Part shown: one piece after another, positions 29,894-38,946 of the stretch | How positions within the stretch are numbered: position 1 is the first letter of the stretch | How the letters are laid out: every line of letters begins with the position of its first letter | Source: a virus | Virus record (IMG/VR): IMGVR_UViG_3300033153_008183 | Span: 16,918 to 80,917 of that record | Direction: 5' to 3' (one strand) | Length of the DNA stretch: 64,000 bases | Notes under the pieces: model-generated | What the model saw: only the letters and a program-made list of their open reading frames with translations | Databases searched by the model: none | Told to the model about the DNA's origin: nothing | Program-made: the position numbers and the translations under genes

Positions 29894-31456
29894 CTATATT
29901 GGCTCTAACTTAACTGTTAGATTAAATCCATTTGATGTAATTGTACCTGATATATCTTTAGGTGTATAATCTTCACCATTTATATCCCATTGTCTAACCC
30001 ATCCCACAACATCCAAATCCCCTAAAAAATTATAAGCTACACTTAATTCACCATTAGCATCTGTTTCATCATTAACAATTTGTGTTGAATGGTCACTCTT
30101 TTTTAACAGCATTATGTGTGAATACTGAATAGGTAAATCCGTAACAGCATCCAAAATCAAAAAATCTATAGAAACATCATTGCTTATAGTAATAATTCCT
30201 GCCCCTGCTTCATTTTTATGTCCTGCATCCGAACCATTAACCATTGAAGCAATAAGATCGTAAGAAGTATTTGAATATAGATCATAAGTAGATATTCCAT
30301 CTGCACCGGAAAATTTTATATTATCAAATATGAAAGTCTGATCTGCTACGGTTGGTACAATCTCTACACCAGACGTACCCGGAGCAATGATTTTTCCATT
30401 TTTAATTCCATGCCCAGGAATCATTCTAATACCGAAACCATCAGAACTAATTATATTAAAATTCTCAAACTTAATAGTGTCTGGAATAACTTCTGCACAA
30501 GAATCAAAAGTCGGATTTAATACCTCTTTATCTGTAGCTGCTGGTTGAAAAATAACTACCCCACAATCCTGAAAAATACATCCATAAATACCGAACTTAT
30601 CTATATTGGTATTAGACATATCAAACTGTACTTTAACTATACCTCCAGATTTAAAAGCACACCCCTTTATTCCATCTAAACCTGACTTCTCTCCAAAGTA
30701 TATTTCTGTTGTTCCCGTTCCTCCAACACCTTGTATCTTATGATAGCCATCTGCAACAAGATCATTTTCAAACTCTATCCATTTTGTTTTATCCGTGAAC
30801 CATAAATCACCTGTAGCACTGCTAAATAGAAAAGTTCCTTGTAAAAAATAAGTACTTCCAACCTTTCGTATCTGTCCAATTGATCCAGCAATGTCCTGTA
30901 CGAGAAGTTCTTCAAAATCATCTGGAGTACCAGAAGAACCACCGGTAATAACTATACCTCTTGAAGAAGCTGTATCATACCTGAGATCATCCCAAAAAGT
31001 ATTTGCAGCAAGTTTAGATTTCGCAATCCCTTTAAACCCAATACCTACTTTTACAATCGCTGTGATTGTTGGATCAGTACCATTATTTGCTGTGGGAGTA
31101 GAATCGGCATCAATGATAAATCTTTTCCATGCTCCTGAATTATTATCACTCCCTGCTACATACCAATAACCTTGATTACCAGAAGAATCTTCAAGACATA
31201 ATTGATAACCACCATTTGCCTGAATATCCATTGTCGGGCCAGTCAAACACATCAGGGCTGCCAGATAATGCCTACCTGTAAAATCAGCCTGAGTAATTGT
31301 CTTCCATATTAAATTAGTTTCTATATCAGTATCAACACCTATACACCCAGTACCTTCATACTTAAAATCTTCATCAAGGGTACCTACCAAACCGTCCATA
31401 GCATCGGTATCACAATCAAATATTTGTATAGAATTATTGACAACTGCTAAACTCAT
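29894..31456 (-). CDS. Accessory virion-type protein with parallel beta-helix-like region (520 aa)
   Basis: GCAF/GCIF..C repeats, TDANGE, shared C-terminal domain. Confidence 0.6.
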   Translation of the reverse strand: MSLAVVNNSIQIFDCDTDAMDGLVGTLDEDFKYEGTGCIGVDTDIETNLIWKTITQADFTGRHYLAALMCLTGPTMDIQANGGYQLCLEDSSGNQGYWYVAGSDNNSGAWKRFIIDADSTPTANNGTDPTITAIVKVGIGFKGIAKSKLAANTFWDDLRYDTASSRGIVITGGSSGTPDDFEELLVQDIAGSIGQIRKVGSTYFLQGTFLFSSATGDLWFTDKTKWIEFENDLVADGYHKIQGVGGTGTTEIYFGEKSGLDGIKGCAFKSGGIVKVQFDMSNTNIDKFGIYGCIFQDCGVVIFQPAATDKEVLNPTFDSCAEVIPDTIKFENFNIISSDGFGIRMIPGHGIKNGKIIAPGTSGVEIVPTVADQTFIFDNIKFSGADGISTYDLYSNTSYDLIASMVNGSDAGHKNEAGAGIITISNDVSIDFLILDAVTDLPIQYSHIMLLKKSDHSTQIVNDETDANGELSVAYNFLGDLDVVGWVRQWDINGEDYTPKDISGTITSNGFNLTVKLEPI

Positions 31457-31902
31457 GTATTATACCTCGCAGCAAGCATAATTCCTAAAACTACATGCGA
31501 CCATAAAGGAATCGAAACTGGAGTATCTATTGTAATTAAATCTGGATCAGTAAATAAACTCATATTTACCTGTGAATAATCAGAACCGATTACATATGTG
31601 ACATTATCTTCGTGATGAATATAATCCCTGATATTTGTAAACTCTTCCTCTGGATAATTATCTGCTTTTTCAAGCACTACAAATGTTTGTCCTGAATGTT
31701 CTGCAAGACACGCCTCAAGAGTAGGATATGTATTAAACTCTATTTCAGCATCAGCCCATCCTATGTCCTCGTTTGTAATTACATCCAAAATATTTAAACC
31801 AAAGGCTTTCATTGTAAGTGTGTAAAATTTCATTACAGTACGAATTCTATCCGGATCATTTATCCATGCTGCGTTATCCCAATGAACTATTACCCCAATC
31901 AT
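31453..31902 (-). CDS. SPOUT (TrmH/TrmL-like) methyltransferase-fold protein
   Basis: MKAFGL, FVVLE, YVIGSD, ITIDTP..PLWSHVVLGIMLAAR follow the motif order of SpoU-type proteins. Confidence 0.5.
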   Translation of the reverse strand: MIGVIVHWDNAAWINDPDRIRTVMKFYTLTMKAFGLNILDVITNEDIGWADAEIEFNTYPTLEACLAEHSGQTFVVLEKADNYPEEEFTNIRDYIHHEDNVTYVIGSDYSQVNMSLFTDPDLITIDTPVSIPLWSHVVLGIMLAARYNT

Positions 31903-32327
31903 TTTTCACCTCCAAAATAATAGTCTATTACAATATAAGTTGTTTCAGCAACTATAACTGCAGTTAAACCCATTATAGCATACTTCATAATTTTAATCTG
32001 TAACTGTTGCTTGTCGTAAAAACTCTGCAAAGTCGTCAGAGATACTCCCATATCCTTTGATATATTCTTCTGTTTTCTCACTTCCTGCTGTGATACTGTC
32101 AATGATGTGTTCAAGTTCGAAATTGTCCTCTTCGAGTTCCTTACTGTATCCTTTGCTTTTACTAAGTTCACTCTCAACAGTTGCATTTGATCTAATAAGC
32201 TGGATTCGTTGCCCCTGTAACGTTGCAATAATAGCGTCAGACTTACTTTCTCCTGCGAAGATAAGCCAAACAAGACCGACGATAATGATAATAAGAACAC
32301 CAATAATACCAATTTCTTTGCCCACAT
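31899..32327 (-). CDS. Spanin-like partner: signal peptide, coiled coil, C-terminal hydrophobic segment
   Basis: Overlaps 31993..32334 in another frame; no lipobox Cys. Confidence 0.55.
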   Translation of the reverse strand: MWAKKLVLLVFLLSLSSVLFGLSSQEKVSLTLLLQRYRGNESSLLDQMQLLRVNLVKAKDTVRNSKRTISNLNTSLTVSQQEVRKQKNISKDMGVSLTTLQSFYDKQQLQIKIMKYAIMGLTAVIVAETTYIVIDYYFGGEK

Positions 32328-32334
32328 TATTCAC
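31993..32334 (-). CDS. i-spanin-like protein
   Basis: N-terminal TM plus acidic coiled coil; RBS gaggtg; follows holin candidate. Confidence 0.6.
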   Translation of the reverse strand: MNNVGKEIGIIGVLIIIIVGLVWLIFAGESKSDAIIATLQGQRIQLIRSNATVESELSKSKGYSKELEEDNFELEHIIDSITAGSEKTEEYIKGYGSISDDFAEFLRQATVTD

Positions 32335-32335
32335 C

Positions 32336-32569
32336 TCACTTCTTCAAATCCTTTATAAATGTCAAAGCTTCTCTACCAAATACCACAATCAATACAATAA
32401 AAATCCACACATACACTATCCCACTTTCAGGAATATGATCATTCGTGATCATACTGTAAGTGATATACAGTACAATTCCCTTAATTCCCAAAAGTTTAGA
32501 AATTGCATTGACTACCCTTGTCGGGAGATACTTTATAGCATCCCAAAATGTCATATCTTTATAATCCAT
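32336..32569 (-). CDS. Holin candidate
   Basis: 77 aa, two hydrophobic segments, basic C-terminus, adjacent to lysin. Confidence 0.6.
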   Translation of the reverse strand: MDYKDMTFWDAIKYLPTRVVNAISKLLGIKGIVLYITYSMITNDHIPESGIVYVWIFIVLIVVFGREALTFIKDLKK

Positions 32570-33066
32570 TATAATACCTCCAAATACACAGGATCACCAT
32601 GCCGTAACTCTGGTTCTATGATTCGAGCTATAGAAGCCATTTGCTCATCAGTATCCCCACCTCTAATACAACCTAACGTGTGTTTATATTTATGAGTATG
32701 ATGAATATGATATTGTGTGTCTGTTTGAATTTCTCCTGTAGGATGCCAATAATTCCCTTCTCTATCTAAATCCCATATGAATACTTTTCTTTTCATTGTC
32801 GTTTTTATTTTTACATAACCGAACTCTTCTATTTCTTCCGGATCTTTTAACCATTCAATAGCTGTTATTTCAAAAATTCCCGAAGGTGCTTGCCTGGGAT
32901 AATATGGTTTACGATGTCCTTTTTCCGGATATGTATAAACAATCTCATTTTTTTTACGTTTTCCATTTAATTCTTGACGTACTTTACAAGTTGCAGGGTA
33001 TCGTTCTATTTCAACAGTACCATTCATGATTATGATTTCTGACCATGTAAATATGACTCTCATCAC
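32569..33066 (-). CDS. Endolysin candidate, YkuD/L,D-transpeptidase-like
   Basis: PSG.F.I and HIH...TLGCIR His/Cys catalytic motif. Confidence 0.65.
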   Translation of the reverse strand: MMRVIFTWSEIIIMNGTVEIERYPATCKVRQELNGKRKKNEIVYTYPEKGHRKPYYPRQAPSGIFEITAIEWLKDPEEIEEFGYVKIKTTMKRKVFIWDLDREGNYWHPTGEIQTDTQYHIHHTHKYKHTLGCIRGGDTDEQMASIARIIEPELRHGDPVYLEVL

Positions 33067-33446
33067 ATACCCCCTACCTTACCCCAGATAAGAACCATTT
33101 GAACTATCCCATAAATCATAGCAGGTGTCAAAAAACCAATAGCTATAAATAAAACATTTATTTTTGTATTTATAGTTTCTTGTTTACTATCATTTTTATA
33201 CAATTCGGCAATAGAACCTTTATTCCTTTGTACCTCACCATTGATGAGCTCAATTTGAGCCTCTAATTTTTCATCACGTAATAACTGCTCACGTTTCATG
33301 TGTTCAATCTCCAATTTTAAAAGCTCAGTATTACCTTTCATTTGCCCGGTAGTTTCCTGTGACATAAGTTTTAAATCAGAAATTTCTTTTTCTATTTCAT
33401 TAAGTTTATCAAGTATTAGTTTTTCAGTAGTGCTGTCTATTGCCAT
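33063..33446 (-). CDS. Coiled-coil protein with C-terminal TM (lysis accessory/holin-like)
   Basis: Heptad pattern then one TM; first gene of lysis cassette. Confidence 0.5.
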   Translation of the reverse strand: MAIDSTTEKLILDKLNEIEKEISDLKLMSQETTGQMKGNTELLKLEIEHMKREQLLRDEKLEAQIELINGEVQRNKGSIAELYKNDSKQETINTKINVLFIAIGFLTPAMIYGIVQMVLIWGKVGGM

Positions 33447-33476
33447 TTGTAACCCCTTTTAAGTCAGTTAAAAAAG

Positions 33477-33505
33477 AGTATAACTCAGAAATTCACAGGC
33501 GTCAA
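33477..33505 (-). promoter_or_regulatory. Sigma70-type promoter for lysis/accessory block
   Basis: TTGACG-17-TATACT. Confidence 0.7.
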
Positions 33506-34462
33506 TTATCTACTTAATAACTCTTTATCAGCTGCTTGTACTAAAGACAGGAATATTGGAGAACCTGTGCATCTACAATTATTTGCACGTCCAACGTGTT
33601 CTGGCTCCTCTCTACCCTGAATTTTCCTCCAACTTTTACCACCATTTGTAGAAATTTTGCCATCTGACCATCTTCGCCAAACTCCATTCATCTTATAATG
33701 AGAATACTTAGATTTTGGATAAAGCCCCCTGGGATTACCACGAACTTTCTTATCCCCTTTGGTATACCACTCATAAGCTTCAATACCAGCTTCCTCAGCC
33801 ATAGTTTGTTGTAATCTGGAACTTAAATCTCCTGTAGAATCTCTGGCAATATAATCAGCCTGAGTCGAAGTCAATCTGTCATTTTGAATCTCTATTTTAT
33901 CACTGATAACATCCCAACTATCATCATTAGAAACACCATCTGTGATAATTTTATTTATTTTCTTAGCATGAAGAGTAGAATAATCTCTCAATCGATCAAG
34001 ATTATCAGCAGCCCATTCTGCAACCACTTCCCTTTCAGCTTCTGTTTCAAAAATAGTAACATCTACACCAGTAGCCTGTCTGACAAACTTACTCCATTGG
34101 CTTTTACTTTGTTTTGAAATGGAATCAGCTATATTATTCAAAAAAGTAGAATCAGGAAAAGCAGCTAATCCAATCCGGGTAATTGCTCCTTTGATTTCAA
34201 TTATACCATCCTGGTGTAAGACTGCCTCTGAATCTTGTCTCAGACGCTGTAAATACCACTTCTTAGCCTCTTCCAACATAGGAATGGTCACATATAAGGC
34301 TAAAGCAGATCGGAGAAGCCTGCGGTATCGTATTTCCTGAATGTATGGATACTGCCAATTTAATTTTCTGCCTAATTGAGAAGAACGTTCCCTGGCCTTA
34401 ACACTTAATCTCCCTCTCCGGGAAAAAATATAAGGGTAGAGGTACGATTCTCTAACTTTCAT
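33506..34462 (-). CDS. Minor head protein (SPP1 gp7/Mu gpF family)
   Basis: IARD, YEW.T.GD.KVR..H, NCRC. Confidence 0.85.
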   Translation of the reverse strand: MKVRESYLYPYIFSRRGRLSVKARERSSQLGRKLNWQYPYIQEIRYRRLLRSALALYVTIPMLEEAKKWYLQRLRQDSEAVLHQDGIIEIKGAITRIGLAAFPDSTFLNNIADSISKQSKSQWSKFVRQATGVDVTIFETEAEREVVAEWAADNLDRLRDYSTLHAKKINKIITDGVSNDDSWDVISDKIEIQNDRLTSTQADYIARDSTGDLSSRLQQTMAEEAGIEAYEWYTKGDKKVRGNPRGLYPKSKYSHYKMNGVWRRWSDGKISTNGGKSWRKIQGREEPEHVGRANNCRCTGSPIFLSLVQAADKELLSR

Positions 34463-35118
34463 GCTTCTTTCCAAGATTTATTATAAACTACATCCTCTAA
34501 TGTTGATAATTTTAAATTATAAATTTTACATAGATCTTTAATTGAATATTTTTTCATAGCGAACAATCTCCTAAGAGATCTCACAGTAAACCAATTTAAT
34601 ACATTATTCCTTCTATTCTGTTGATTCACAGCATTTGTTACCCATCTACAATTATCCGGAGTATAATCTTCATTATTTTTTTCACGATCAATTTGTGCTT
34701 TCTTAAATGGTTTTGGTCCCATGTCTTCATAGAAGTTCTTAAATGAATGTAACCAACGCTCACAAACTTTAATTCCTCTGCCCCCATAATTATGATATTC
34801 TTTGTTATTAGGATTATAGCAACGAGCTTTCATACCAGCCCACACTTTATGTTCTAAAGTATCTGACATACCATGTCTTTCTGCTTTTATAACCATAGGA
34901 TCACCATGTCTTAAAAATCTCAAATAATGAGATTTGCAGAATCCTTTTATCTTAGTTTTGTTTAAACACCCTACTACAGAACACATTACATCAGGTGCTT
35001 TAGCAATATGTTTCACTATTAAAGGATCCCCATTGTTTCTGAACCTATTATAATGTTTACTACAATACCCCAATCCATAATGTTTGATTGTACAACCGTC
35101 TACTTTACACACTCTCAT
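34459..35118 (-). CDS. Free-standing HNH-type homing endonuclease-like protein with two N-terminal Zn fingers
   Basis: CxxxGC...CxxHY twice; WAGMKARC, YGGRGIKVCERW, IDR..N..Y.PDNCRW. Confidence 0.85.
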   Translation of the reverse strand: MRVCKVDGCTIKHYGLGYCSKHYNRFRNNGDPLIVKHIAKAPDVMCSVVGCLNKTKIKGFCKSHYLRFLRHGDPMVIKAERHGMSDTLEHKVWAGMKARCYNPNNKEYHNYGGRGIKVCERWLHSFKNFYEDMGPKPFKKAQIDREKNNEDYTPDNCRWVTNAVNQQNRRNNVLNWFTVRSLRRLFAMKKYSIKDLCKIYNLKLSTLEDVVYNKSWKEA

Positions 35119-36475
35119 CTGATTCCTCTTTTTGCTTAATTATCTCTTCCTCTTCTTCAATAGGATATGGTCCTATTGCATTTGGATCAAACACACCATC
35201 TAAAAGTTCAGTTTCAAAACTATACTCACCTGTAAATCTTGAATTTCTAACCTCTTCTGGTAATAGCACCCCTAACTCTAAATATATTTTATCAGTTTTA
35301 GCTTGCTCCCCTCGCATTGAATTTGCTTCCTGCACACTTGGTTCCCAGGGATTATTAAAATCAAAAGACACTTCTTTACCTGTCATATGTTTTAAAAGAG
35401 TAGTAAGAACTCCTTCCATCTGCAGTTCCTGCTGTCCGGTGAGATAGGCATTATAGTTACGTTCATCCATTTCGCCTTTGTTATTTAGGCCGCTTGCTTG
35501 ACGGCCGAACAAACGACTTGCCGGAATATTAGTGACTCCAGAAAGAACCATCATGAACTTATCCCAAAGTTCCGGAACACCAGCTAACTGTGGAGTATTC
35601 CGGAAAAAATCCTCATCACCTTCAGAATCCAGGAATACAGCATTTAGTATTGATTTAGCCTGATTCATAGTCTCCATACGATTTGCCATTATCTCAGCAC
35701 CATTTTCTGACTGAAGAATCTCTCGTAAACCGGCAATTTTATAAATAGCAACAATTATTTCGGTTCCCAGATTACCCATTCCCTGTTCAAATGTGCCGTA
35801 TCTGGATAATTGATTATAAATACTCTGAACTACACCTGTACCCCAATACATATATTCTTCTTCATCTACAGTACCAGTAGAAAACATACTGGTGAATCCC
35901 GGATCAGTTACAACTGGAATAGGATCTCCTTTGATTATCAGACACTGAGTTGCATGTACTTTAAAAGAATTATTCTGATTACCACCTGGTGTCACTTCAA
36001 ACAGGACCGGTTCACCATATCTACTTGGATCCGATTTTCCATCTTCCCATTTTATTACTTTAATTTGACTGGCAGAAAATACCTTCAACTGCCTGATATC
36101 CAGCTTCTCACCATCTTTGTAAGGTTTCTCACGAGGTTTACTTGATACCATCCAGATAACACCACCGCGGAACAGCCTTGCCCAGCTAATAGCAGTATTA
36201 AAAGCAGCCTTTGCTTTTAATTTTTTTAACTGCTTAAGAATATCAGAATCCCCATCATCAGATAATGATATCCAGGCCCTTGTCATATCGTCAGCAGGTG
36301 CTTTTATTAGTTTTTTAACCCATCCATCTCCAGCAAACATACTGGCAAGTTCAAGATCAGAAACAACTTTAAAATCTCCAAATGAAGTATCTTTAGTGAC
36401 ATCCTGCCTTCCACCAAATCCCTTATAGATATTATCCCAACCATCCTGTCGAATTATTTTACTATTTTCAGTCAT
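35105..36475 (-). CDS. Portal protein (DUF1073 family)
   Basis: DGWDN..G.G, PADDMTR.W, WARLF.GG, IPASRLFG...GLN. Confidence 0.9.
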   Translation of the reverse strand: MTENSKIIRQDGWDNIYKGFGGRQDVTKDTSFGDFKVVSDLELASMFAGDGWVKKLIKAPADDMTRAWISLSDDGDSDILKQLKKLKAKAAFNTAISWARLFRGGVIWMVSSKPREKPYKDGEKLDIRQLKVFSASQIKVIKWEDGKSDPSRYGEPVLFEVTPGGNQNNSFKVHATQCLIIKGDPIPVVTDPGFTSMFSTGTVDEEEYMYWGTGVVQSIYNQLSRYGTFEQGMGNLGTEIIVAIYKIAGLREILQSENGAEIMANRMETMNQAKSILNAVFLDSEGDEDFFRNTPQLAGVPELWDKFMMVLSGVTNIPASRLFGRQASGLNNKGEMDERNYNAYLTGQQELQMEGVLTTLLKHMTGKEVSFDFNNPWEPSVQEANSMRGEQAKTDKIYLELGVLLPEEVRNSRFTGEYSFETELLDGVFDPNAIGPYPIEEEEEIIKQKEESDESV

Positions 36476-36490
36476 ATCAAACTCCCTTTA

Positions 36491-37939
36491 TCACGAGTAC
36501 AGATATCCATATCTGCTTCCCCCGTCTTCCGGATGTAACCATTGTCTTTGTAAACTACTCATAGAGTCTGGTGCATCATTCGGTTCCTGTCCATCCATGT
36601 AATCAATAACCTGTTCCAGATATTCCGGATCAGTAAGAGGAGTCCAATCTATCCTCTCCCAGTATCGTTTACCATAAGTCTGAATCTTCATATCTTTGTT
36701 AGTGACTTCAAAATATTCAGAAACCTGTGGTCTATGGTTTATAATACCATCTTTTGCCAATCTGTCTATAGCTCGTTGCAATTCTTTTTCTCCAAAACCC
36801 TTATCAGCATTACTTTCAATAAAAATTTTTCTAACAAATCTGGCAGAACAATCTTTTACAATTCTAATTGCCACATCTGAAATAGCTGTCGCATCTCCGG
36901 AGGATGCTTTAGAAAAATCGTCATAAAATAATTGACCAAAACCTTGAATCCGTTTATTACTATGCAGTTGCATCACTGTGTAAGCGCCAGTATGCTGTCC
37001 AGCGTATTTTGCATCTACATGAGCATAACTGTTTCGCCAGGGCTCTGCAGGAGCAAAACAAGGATCTTGAAAGATCATATCACTGGCAGCAACGTGCTGG
37101 AGCATATAATTACAATTAAAAAGCACATCTGTAGTATATTTTTTCTTATAAGCAATATCTTCCGGAGTTAAAATACCAACTCTATCAACATCAAACTTCA
37201 TATGAGGAGCTGGAGGTGTAATTGTCCATCCATCTTTTTTATGCCAGGGAGTTCCTTCGTGTATCAATCTGGCACCGGGATCTAATACATTTGTAATTAC
37301 TTCTCTCATGTACTCAATAGTTTCATCACGTTTTGCTTCTGAAACTCGATCATCTAATGTGATAATATCACACAGAACAATTACATCATAATGAGCTCCG
37401 GTTATATTAGTTCCAATTCCATAAGCATCCAGATTTCCTTCTTTAGAATTTGTTGTTTTAAAATTCCAGGTAATACTTGCTTCTTTCTTTCTAATTTCCC
37501 TGGGAGCAATTCCATAAATGGCCTGAAACAAATCTTTCATGACAGCAGACCGCATAAAGGCCCTGACAACCCCAGAAATAGATGCAGCCTCTGTGTAACT
37601 TTTTCTAATGATTGCAATACGTGCATTGGGAAAAGTCAAAAGATGTCTGACAATTCCAATTACAGTAACTGCAGAAGTTTTATAACTTCCTCTGTGTGCC
37701 TGAAGAGCATTTATATTTTGGTGAGTGTCCCACATGGAAGTGATCCATCCACTGTGAAGGGGAAGTAACTTTTCAAACCCTAAACTATGACCTAGTAAAT
37801 GGGGTTGTGAAAAAACAGTTTTCCGGATAAGTCTTTCAACATCAAGACTTATGGTTTTCTTTTTTAAAAATTGTCTGGATTTACCTCCGGGAATTCCCGG
37901 AGGTCTGCCTACTTTTCTTTTTGTCTTTTCTATGATCAC
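36491..37939 (-). CDS. terL: Terminase large subunit
   Basis: Walker A HRGSYKT, ITGAHYD, GTPWH..D, ESNA, C-terminal NDAPDS. Confidence 0.9.
   Translation of the reverse strand: MIIEKTKRKVGRPPGIPGGKSRQFLKKKTISLDVERLIRKTVFSQPHLLGHSLGFEKLLPLHSGWITSMWDTHQNINALQAHRGSYKTSAVTVIGIVRHLLTFPNARIAIIRKSYTEAASISGVVRAFMRSAVMKDLFQAIYGIAPREIRKKEASITWNFKTTNSKEGNLDAYGIGTNITGAHYDVIVLCDIITLDDRVSEAKRDETIEYMREVITNVLDPGARLIHEGTPWHKKDGWTITPPAPHMKFDVDRVGILTPEDIAYKKKYTTDVLFNCNYMLQHVAASDMIFQDPCFAPAEPWRNSYAHVDAKYAGQHTGAYTVMQLHSNKRIQGFGQLFYDDFSKASSGDATAISDVAIRIVKDCSARFVRKIFIESNADKGFGEKELQRAIDRLAKDGIINHRPQVSEYFEVTNKDMKIQTYGKRYWERIDWTPLTDPEYLEQVIDYMDGQEPNDAPDSMSSLQRQWLHPEDGGSRYGYLYS
37883..37904. repeat. Perfect 22-bp palindrome at 5' end of terL
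   Basis: ACCTCCGGGAATTCCCGGAGGT equals its own reverse complement. Confidence 0.9.
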
Positions 37940-38910
37940 TAAGAGGATCCATTACTTTCTTCAACAGTCTGCATTTGAGCTCTACGTCCTGCAGCTTCTG
38001 CCATCTGTGCCATCTTTGCAATACCTTCACCCATCTTTGCAAGTCCGGTATCGGAATCTTCATAGAGTTTAATATACTTGGAAAGTTCCCTTCTGGCCTC
38101 ACCACGATTAGCAAGTTTAATTTCATAAGTCACAACATTAGTATTTTTAGGATGCATATTTGTTTTGATACTTTCAACACAACATCTCCACTCCAGAGGA
38201 ATATCATCAAGACTTGTAAATCTTGGACTTCCATTTCCATTGATAAACATTGCCGGATCATAAAAAGCCTGTTTGTAAAGTTGTCCGATAATATCATTTT
38301 TCAAAGTCATACTCATGGAATCAATTTCCCATTCCAGAATACGTTGGATACCCTGCCTGATATTATCTCTCCTCATCCACTGCTGGGCCTGGTATCGTGC
38401 TGCAACTCTATTTGCATCTGTAGCAAACTCTCCACTCTTAAGTCGCACCATAGCCTCTGTTGCATTTCTGTGAAGCATATATAAATAAATAAAAATAATT
38501 TCATTATCTTCAAGTTTCAAATCAACCAGACTTTCTTTTATGAGTTCTGCAGAATGAGCTTCCCCTTCACGTTTACGAACAAGGTCCATTTCAAAATTCA
38601 TATTTAATTTTTCCGGGAGCCGATACCGGTCAAGATATTTATCCGGATCTTTTATCCACCGATAAAAAGTATCACTGGAGATTCCATATTTTTTTATTAT
38701 ATGAATCCGGGGAACTCGCTTTGCATCCTCTTGCAGGATTTTTCGGATCTTATCATATTTTGGAAGTTGCCTTGCCCGGAAAGTTGCAAGAGGCAACCCG
38801 GCTTCTTCAGCATCCTTTGCTTCTTTTAAAATTAAAGCCGCTGTTTCTGCTGCTTCCCCAACAGTCTCTTCAATTATACTTCCATATTCATCTGTTTCAA
38901 ATGCTCTCAT
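37939..38910 (-). CDS. terS: Terminase small subunit with extra N-terminal HTH
   Basis: KYGISSDTFYRW HTH; NATEA; AFYDP..F...G; EIKLANR..A...L.K. Confidence 0.75.
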   Translation of the reverse strand: MRAFETDEYGSIIEETVGEAAETAALILKEAKDAEEAGLPLATFRARQLPKYDKIRKILQEDAKRVPRIHIIKKYGISSDTFYRWIKDPDKYLDRYRLPEKLNMNFEMDLVRKREGEAHSAELIKESLVDLKLEDNEIIFIYLYMLHRNATEAMVRLKSGEFATDANRVAARYQAQQWMRRDNIRQGIQRILEWEIDSMSMTLKNDIIGQLYKQAFYDPAMFINGNGSPRFTSLDDIPLEWRCCVESIKTNMHPKNTNVVTYEIKLANRGEARRELSKYIKLYEDSDTGLAKMGEGIAKMAQMAEAAGRRAQMQTVEESNGSS

Positions 38911-38917
38911 GAAAACA

Positions 38918-38946
38918 AGTATAACTCACAAAACTGGTAATGTCAA
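38918..38946 (-). promoter_or_regulatory. Sigma70-type promoter, probably leaderless, for terS
   Basis: TTGACA-17-TATACT; ATG 7 nt downstream, no RBS. Confidence 0.75.

Noticed and set aside
35105-36475. Anti-CBASS Acb1 label sometimes attached to DUF1073 proteins
   Set aside because: Position after terL, size and motifs fit a portal; no paired HxT phosphodiesterase motifs seen.
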